The notes under the pieces: generated by a model
Told to the model about the DNA's origin: nothing
What the model saw: only the letters and a program-made list of their open reading frames with translations
The model's database searches: none
Translations under genes and position numbers: made by a program
Assembly: GCA_005223125.1 (NCBI GenBank)
Contig: NJBH01000037.1
Coordinates: 1 to 35,669, forward strand
Reading direction: 5' to 3'
Origin: Promethearchaeota archaeon Loki_b32
GTDB lineage: Archaea; Asgardarchaeota; Lokiarchaeia; Sigyniarchaeales; SOKP01
Length of the DNA stretch: 35,669 nt
Shown: positions 30,076 through 35,669 of the stretch, piece by piece
Layout: every line of letters starts with the position of its first letter
How positions within the stretch are numbered: the stretch's first letter is position 1

Positions 30076-30843
30076 TTACAATAAGCTAGCTAAGGTGATA
30101 CTTGATAAGATAATCGATTTTAAACTAATTCCTATGAGAAAGCAGAAGATGATAATCTGAAATTTCTTTACCGGTATTTTAGGTGTAATTTGGTGGCCAA
30201 GTTTGGTCCCAAGAAATATTACCGGAAAAGCAAAAAGGAATATCAAGATTAGCTCATAAGGGAAGATATCTCCAATAAAATAAAATGGGATTCTTGAAAA
30301 TGACAGCATGGTTCCAATTGCCGCAAAGTTTTCAATGAAGCTTTCTCTATAATGCCCTGTCTTTTCTAATAACGCTACATTAATCGGTCCTGCTGCACTA
30401 ATCAGACCAGTTAATAAACCATAAGAAAAACCACCAGCAAAAATAATTGGAGATGTTGTATTAATTTCATTTTTGATTTCGAAATTATCAGGATTTTTCA
30501 AGTATTTAATAAGTTTTAAAGTAGAATACACAAAAATAAAAATCCCAAGAGTTAATTCTATCAATTCAACCTGAATATTTATAATTAGGAAAGTTCCAAG
30601 AATAGTTGCAGGGATTCCTATTGATAGAAATCGAAAAAAATATCCTTTATCTAAAAAGTTTCTATATTTGATAAAATTCAGCAATGCAGGAAAGGTTCCC
30701 CAAATATTAACTAATATTACTGCATTTCTAATTCCTATTATTGGCGTTATAATAGGTATGAGGATTAAAGCATCTCCAAATCCAATTATACCATAAACCA
30801 TACTTGAAAAGAATATTGCAACTAACGATATATAAATAATCAA
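30076..30843 (-). CDS. TauE/SafE-family sulfite exporter
   Basis: GIIGFGDALILIP and GLISAAGP motifs; about 8 TM segments. Confidence 0.82.
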   Translation of the reverse strand: MIIYISLVAIFFSSMVYGIIGFGDALILIPIITPIIGIRNAVILVNIWGTFPALLNFIKYRNFLDKGYFFRFLSIGIPATILGTFLIINIQVELIELTLGIFIFVYSTLKLIKYLKNPDNFEIKNEINTTSPIIFAGGFSYGLLTGLISAAGPINVALLEKTGHYRESFIENFAAIGTMLSFSRIPFYFIGDIFPYELILIFLFAFPVIFLGTKLGHQITPKIPVKKFQIIIFCFLIGISLKSIILSSITLASLL

Positions 30844-31075
30844 ATCCCTAAATTTCCTATTCTATAATTTATACTGATCTTGACTCTATAGATAAATGAG
30901 TGATAAAGATATAAGATTAGAGTTAAAGAATGATAATAAAATTTTTGAAGATTAGAATAATGTATTAGTATTCATTATTAATTCATTTTTGAGGCGTTTT
31001 TTTTCCTTTTTCCAATTAGATAGATAAATGTTCTTTTCTGTTAATAAATCAAAAAATTAATATATTTTAAAATTA

Positions 31076-31091
31076 TGTATACTAGTATACA
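31076..31091. promoter_or_regulatory. Palindromic operator of the toxin-antitoxin operon
   Basis: Perfect 16-bp palindrome TGTATACTAGTATACA upstream of the antitoxin gene. Confidence 0.6.
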
Positions 31092-31105
31092 AAGATACAA
31101 AAAAT

Positions 31106-31390
31106 GTGACTTTTATGAGCACGGTTAGGGTTGATAAAAAACATTTAAAATTGTTGGATAAATTGATTTCTCATTTAACTTTACGAGGAAATAAAATAAG
31201 CAAGAAGAACCTTGTAGCAAAACTGATTGAGGATGCAATGATAGCTGAAGGTCTTGAAGAAAATGAAGTTTCATATTCCATAACAGATGATCACGCATGG
31301 AAAGGATTGGACGATGTTTTTGAGTTAGGTATTGAAGATTTATCGGAAAAAGTCGATGAAATTTTATATCAGTTAAATGGGGAAGAATAA
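31106..31390 (+). CDS. Putative VapB-type antitoxin
   Basis: Small protein with an RHH-like N-terminus (STVRVDKK...) and acidic tail ending DLSEKVDEILY, directly upstream of a PIN gene. Confidence 0.7.
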   Translation: MTFMSTVRVDKKHLKLLDKLISHLTLRGNKISKKNLVAKLIEDAMIAEGLEENEVSYSITDDHAWKGLDDVFELGIEDLSEKVDEILYQLNGEE

Positions 31391-31802
31391 AATGGCAGTT
31401 TTTTTAGATACAGGATTTTTATTAGCAGTTAAGAACAAGGATGATAAAAATTTCCAAATTGCTCAATCTTGGATGAGTAGGTTTCTAAAAAATGAATTCG
31501 GGGAGGTATTTACCTCTACATTAGTGTTTAATGAATTGGTGACCTTAGCATTGGTAAGAATAAAACGTCCTGATTTCGCGATAAATTTGGGAAATTATAT
31601 TTTGAAGAGTAGAAAGATAAAGATTATTAGTTTTACGGATGACGATTTTAAGAATTCTTGGGAGACCTTTCAAAAATTTAAAGAAAAAAAATTATCTTTT
31701 ACTGATAGTTCCATTTTAATTCATTGCAAACGTTTAAACTGCAATTTTTTAGCTACCTTTGATAAACACTTTAAAGGTTTAATACCCTCAAATTTAAGTT
31801 GA
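31377..31802 (+). CDS. vapC: VapC PIN-domain ribonuclease toxin (likely start ATG 31392)
   Basis: FLDTG, VFNEL, LSFTD, ATFDKHF. Confidence 0.88.
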   Translation: MGKNKMAVFLDTGFLLAVKNKDDKNFQIAQSWMSRFLKNEFGEVFTSTLVFNELVTLALVRIKRPDFAINLGNYILKSRKIKIISFTDDDFKNSWETFQKFKEKKLSFTDSSILIHCKRLNCNFLATFDKHFKGLIPSNLS

Positions 31803-31868
31803 TCTTACTATTATTAGTAGTTCTTCTTGCAAATAATTAGAATCTCTAAATCCGGTTTCCATAATGTA

Positions 31869-32609
31869 TTAATATTCTTCATTAATTTTTTTCTGAGGGC
31901 TTTTTCTTTTTTTACCAAATAAAATTTTTTGATTTTTTTCAACAAATATTGGTCCAAATCCTGTTAAATTCTCCAATGGACCTATTATTCCTTTAACACG
32001 TCCTGTTCTCGTATATGTTATTTCAGTATGTTTTATTGCCTTAAATACTTCATATGGGGTTTTAAATCTAGCTATTAATGTACTCGCCTTTTTAGACCCA
32101 ATATCTGCTAAACCTTCTATTATAAAAGACCTTCTTTCTTTTTTAGACATTGCTTTAGGAGCTTTTCTTGAAAATATAGGCATGGCATCTTTTACTTGTT
32201 CCCGGTAGGCAATCCTCTCAATAACAATTCCGGTATCTTCCAAATTTCTAGTTGGAATTACAGAGATACCTAATTTATATGAAATAAAAGAGAGTGCTCC
32301 GTAAATCGATGATATTTTCATGCCAGTATTTTCGAATACTTCATTATTTAAACCCTCAAGTAGTAAAATTGGATATTGATAAGTATCTTTTAACCGAAGT
32401 AGTTGTTCAAATAATCTATTATCCATTATTGAAGCTACAAAATCAAAACCTTCTTTTCTCTCTATAGCGACCTCACTACTGACAACAATATCAGCAATGT
32501 CTAGTTGTCTTGATTCATAAGTTATTACATCCTTTTTTTTATCTAATAGAGCCATTAACTTTTGTTCTCTATTATCTACAATTACATGGAGAGGTTTATT
32601 TTGAGTCAT
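31869..32609 (-). CDS. xpf: Short XPF/ERCC4 structure-specific nuclease with HhH motifs
   Basis: VDNRE, IAD-x7-IERK, RLFEQ, GLADIGSKKA. Confidence 0.85.
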   Translation of the reverse strand: MTQNKPLHVIVDNREQKLMALLDKKKDVITYESRQLDIADIVVSSEVAIERKEGFDFVASIMDNRLFEQLLRLKDTYQYPILLLEGLNNEVFENTGMKISSIYGALSFISYKLGISVIPTRNLEDTGIVIERIAYREQVKDAMPIFSRKAPKAMSKKERRSFIIEGLADIGSKKASTLIARFKTPYEVFKAIKHTEITYTRTGRVKGIIGPLENLTGFGPIFVEKNQKILFGKKRKSPQKKINEEY

Positions 32610-32747
32610 CCTACTATTTTAAAATTAACATCCTCAGTTTTAAATATTTCATGTCTCTGTTATTAAACTATAAATTAAAAATTTAAAAATAAAAAACTTG
32701 CAGAGTTTGATTATTAAAAATATGGTAAAAAAATATATAACAACTAT

Positions 32748-34163
32748 TTATTCATTTAAAAGTCTATATTTTTTAAGTCCTTCTCTCATATCTGCTTGAA
32801 ATGGTCCTGGTGTTCCTTCTATAAACGCTTCAACAATATCTTTATTTTCTACAATTTCTGAAACTCTCTTTTTGGCTTTCTCTTCTGCGAGTGAAGCGAT
32901 TGCCATCCTTGCCATTTGTTGAAACTGAGGTGGTGATAATTTTATTAATTCATTGAAAATTCTTTCAGTCTCGGGATTCCAATTTAACCCGCTTGTTTTC
33001 TTCTCCTTAGGCTCAGCGGAAGTAACTCCAAACTCGCGACTTGTTATAATATCATTCATATAATTCTTTATTGAATCTACATATCGGGTAGATTCTTCCT
33101 TATCTAGAAGAACTGCCTTATTTGCCCATTCCTCACAATAATCACATTCATAACACATAGCTATACAATTCTGCTTCTTGAAAAAGTCTATAAACCCGTT
33201 CAATTTGGTATTATCAATGTATAACTTTGATTTAGATTCCTTTCCAAGGGTTTCAGTTAATTTAACATTCGGATCTTTTTGTTCTAACCCGCCAAATGAC
33301 ATAGAGAACCCCTGAATTATGTCAATAAGATTTCCCTCATATTTTCGGGAAGAAAATGCTTTAACAGAATTAGTAATCCATTGAGTAGACATTCGACGGC
33401 CAGCTATTTTAAAATCATCTATACCGATAGCTTCATAATGGGATAGATCCTCAGGGCGAACCCATCTTGCTTTAAGAACTTCTGTAGGGTTTGAAAATTT
33501 AATAATACTACAATTTAATATGCAAGTATCAACATAGTTACGTTCAAATTGTTGAAAAGTTTGAGAAGCATGACCTAGGGTGTTATAATGATAAAGTCTA
33601 AAAGGGCATTGATATAGACATCCATCAGTTAAAAGTACAATAATTTTACATTTTACTGCTTTTTGTATTTGTTCTAATGTCTTGAAATCGCGATTTAGCA
33701 TAACATCTAGAGTGATTTCATCTGCTCCAAGCATTTCATAAAACTTAGCTCTATTCACACTGTTTACGTGAGCAATTGTAGAAACACGAATTTTTAATTT
33801 AGGGAATTGTTCCTTAATGAGCTGGATCAAAAATGGGATAGTTACAGTAACACTATCTGCTCCAATATCACTAATCCATTGTAAATATTTAAGGAGCTCT
33901 TTATGATAATGTTGATCATATTCCATATTATTCATACATGGAGCATTTAATAAATAAGAAAATCCCATTTTTTTCTCATGAAGTTTTCTTATGTACTCTG
34001 CAATGTCTTCTTCTGATACTTTCTTTAATAAAAAAGAGGGGCGACCTCCCCCAACTATTGAATGGTCAGAAACACCATATAAATCAGATACAGGATACTT
34101 AGCTAATTCATCTATAAGACTTAAATCCCAATTTGTAGCTACATGTAATTTTATTGATATCAC
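32748..34163 (-). CDS. U32-family Fe-S protein (UbiU/UbiV/RlhA-related) with an extra Cys cluster and a C-terminal DUF2621-like domain
   Basis: YLLNAPC, RVSTIAHV, GCLYQC...CILNC, FKIAGR (U32 KIEGR), CIAMCYECDYC, then WNPETERIFNELIKLSPPQFQQMAR...TPGPFQ. Confidence 0.82.
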   Translation of the reverse strand: MISIKLHVATNWDLSLIDELAKYPVSDLYGVSDHSIVGGGRPSFLLKKVSEEDIAEYIRKLHEKKMGFSYLLNAPCMNNMEYDQHYHKELLKYLQWISDIGADSVTVTIPFLIQLIKEQFPKLKIRVSTIAHVNSVNRAKFYEMLGADEITLDVMLNRDFKTLEQIQKAVKCKIIVLLTDGCLYQCPFRLYHYNTLGHASQTFQQFERNYVDTCILNCSIIKFSNPTEVLKARWVRPEDLSHYEAIGIDDFKIAGRRMSTQWITNSVKAFSSRKYEGNLIDIIQGFSMSFGGLEQKDPNVKLTETLGKESKSKLYIDNTKLNGFIDFFKKQNCIAMCYECDYCEEWANKAVLLDKEESTRYVDSIKNYMNDIITSREFGVTSAEPKEKKTSGLNWNPETERIFNELIKLSPPQFQQMARMAIASLAEEKAKKRVSEIVENKDIVEAFIEGTPGPFQADMREGLKKYRLLNE

Positions 34164-34183
34164 CTTTCTGTATGCTTAATCTA

Positions 34184-34573
34184 TTATTTTTGAATAGCTT
34201 TAGCATGAGCTTTGGCATTAAGTGGCAATAACGGCGCACATGCCATAAGCTTAGTAGGATCACCTTCAACATCATATGTTCCAGCCATTGTTGCTTCAAT
34301 CGGATTAGTTTCTCCCGAATTAACTTTTTTAATAGTTTCAAAACTCGTCTTATGAATAATTTTTGGAACATCTGGCCCATTATAATCACCCATTCCCCAA
34401 CTCATCTTATCTTCTTCGATCGATTGCCAATAGTCCATCTCAGGACGATCATTGATTTTGTATTGAAAGACTAAAGGTGCGATAGGTTGTAGTAGAGTTG
34501 GTAAGTCGGGTAGGTCATTATAGGCTTTCATGAAACTATCAAGATATGCTTCCCATTCATCCTTTGTGTCCAT
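34184..34573 (-). CDS. SCP2 sterol/lipid-carrier domain protein (UbiT/UbiJ-like fold)
   Basis: GETNPIEATMAGTYDVEGD matches the SCP2 G-x-x-N-P-x-x-A-x-M-x-G-x-x-x-V-x-G-D signature; GGAGGT SD upstream. Confidence 0.78.
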   Translation of the reverse strand: MDTKDEWEAYLDSFMKAYNDLPDLPTLLQPIAPLVFQYKINDRPEMDYWQSIEEDKMSWGMGDYNGPDVPKIIHKTSFETIKKVNSGETNPIEATMAGTYDVEGDPTKLMACAPLLPLNAKAHAKAIQK

Positions 34574-34648
34574 TTTTATGTTCTACCTCCTTTTTTTTTT
34601 AATTATATTATTTTTATTTACCATTTTTAGATCGTTATTAATTAAAAT

Positions 34649-35668
34649 TTATTTATAAGATTCAAGTCCAGCTTTAGCACCCATTAACAAAAAATCAACC
34701 ATGGTTCCATTATAATCATTTTCAATCTTGTAGTAAAGTCCGTTAGGTGTAAAAGTAACACCATATATGAATTTATGAATGTCACTTTGAAATGGAGATC
34801 CTTCAATGAATTTTTTCATCAATGGATGAAAGTGCATAGGAACTTCTTTGGCATCACGACATGCCATCCCAAAGCATAGACGTTCGATCTTTTCTGAATC
34901 CCAACTAAAACTATAATTGAGATGTACTGCATTACAACAATATTCCATCACTTCTTTAGATGCTACTTCAAAATCCAAATCTTCTACAAGCCTTCTGCAA
35001 TTCTCGTAAGTAGCTGTTGATGGATTCTTTAACATGAAATATATGTTGGTTGTATTATGCGAAAAATCAAAAGCGAATAGCGCTAATGTAGTTAATCCAT
35101 GTTTTTTGAAGTAGCTTTCATAGTTTTTAATACTTTCTGGAATGTATTTCATAGAAAAAAGGGGATCGATTGACCCAGGTATGATAAAAGGCCATATCTT
35201 TGAGAACCCTTTTCTCGCATCAATATCAACTCCATAACCCATGATATCAAAAACTTCCAATGCTTCTACTATCATTTTATGAATAGGATGACCATTTTTT
35301 TTGATTAAACCTTCATTAAGAGCAGTAATATACGGATCAGGATTATGGGGTATCATCATTTCTACATATCTTACTGATACATCTCTTCTTTCAACTGGCT
35401 TAGTTGTGGTTCTAATTGAAAGAGATGAACCAGAATAGAATTTTTCATAAGCATTAAGCGCTTTCCATATGGCTTCTTCATTAAAATCAACATCTGTAAG
35501 TTCACATAGTGTTTGAATATCTTTAACCATTTGATTAAGATTATTATTAAGCTTGAAATCAGAATTTACTTTTGGTAAATATAAATCAACATCAACCCCC
35601 AGTGCCTTTAGGTCTTCAATCATTGTTGTTTGAAAAGCTGGTGGTGTGACTTCAAACAGCGCAACAAC
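34649..35668 (-). CDS. ABBA-family aromatic prenyltransferase (CloQ/NphB-type), 5'-truncated by the window edge
   Basis: YGVDIDARKGFSKIWPF, FAFDFSHNTTNIYF, IERLCF, YYKIENDY resemble PT-barrel strands. The frame stays open upstream of 35623 to the edge (VVALFEVTPPAFQTT-M). Confidence 0.78.
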   Translation of the reverse strand, partial: VVALFEVTPPAFQTTMIEDLKALGVDVDLYLPKVNSDFKLNNNLNQMVKDIQTLCELTDVDFNEEAIWKALNAYEKFYSGSSLSIRTTTKPVERRDVSVRYVEMMIPHNPDPYITALNEGLIKKNGHPIHKMIVEALEVFDIMGYGVDIDARKGFSKIWPFIIPGSIDPLFSMKYIPESIKNYESYFKKHGLTTLALFAFDFSHNTTNIYFMLKNPSTATYENCRRLVEDLDFEVASKEVMEYCCNAVHLNYSFSWDSEKIERLCFGMACRDAKEVPMHFHPLMKKFIEGSPFQSDIHKFIYGVTFTPNGLYYKIENDYNGTMVDFLLMGAKAGLESYK

Positions 35669-35669
35669 G

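Noticed and set aside
32748-34163. Calling the U32 protein a collagenase linked to HypD
   Set aside because: Characterised U32 members are mostly Fe-S hydroxylation proteins; there is no signal peptide, and the gene context is SCP2 and a prenyltransferase.
4611-34389. Short antisense or overlapping ORFs in the track (4611, 4931, 6945, 7572, 10633, 12531, 13031, 14409, 15242, 15732, 16854, 17368, 19117, 20976, 23016, 23469, 24048, 24316, 24543, 26631, 26961, 33991, 34108)
   Set aside because: They overlap well-supported genes and show no recognisable motifs.

Overview
AT-rich archaeal window, most consistent with an Asgard archaeon (Lokiarchaeia-like). It carries three small Ras/Rab/Arf-type GTPase genes (one fused to a longin domain), an LRR protein, a PUA/MCT-1 homolog and a short XPF nuclease, alongside anaerobic amino-acid and fatty-acid catabolic genes (HypD-like glycyl radical enzyme, tryptophanase, acyl-CoA ligase, acyl-CoA dehydrogenase, enoyl-CoA hydratase). 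Two observations stand out. (1) A Rab-like GTPase gene (17341-17949) is interrupted just after its G3 motif by a 30-nt stop-containing insert whose boundaries fit a relaxed bulge-helix-bulge fold, so it is a candidate EndA-spliced mRNA intron in a eukaryotic-signature gene. (2) At the right end, an operon joins an ABBA-type aromatic prenyltransferase, an SCP2 lipid carrier and a U32 Fe-S protein; the two enzymes appear to share a small DUF2621-like helical domain. This resembles an undescribed O2-independent prenylated-aromatic or quinone pathway. Also notable: a degenerate GTPase-RHH fusion with a candidate operator, a shared PadR motif, an orphan CheR and two disrupted genes. No rRNA, tRNA, CRISPR array or transposase was recognised. 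All family calls come from motif recognition by eye, not database searches.
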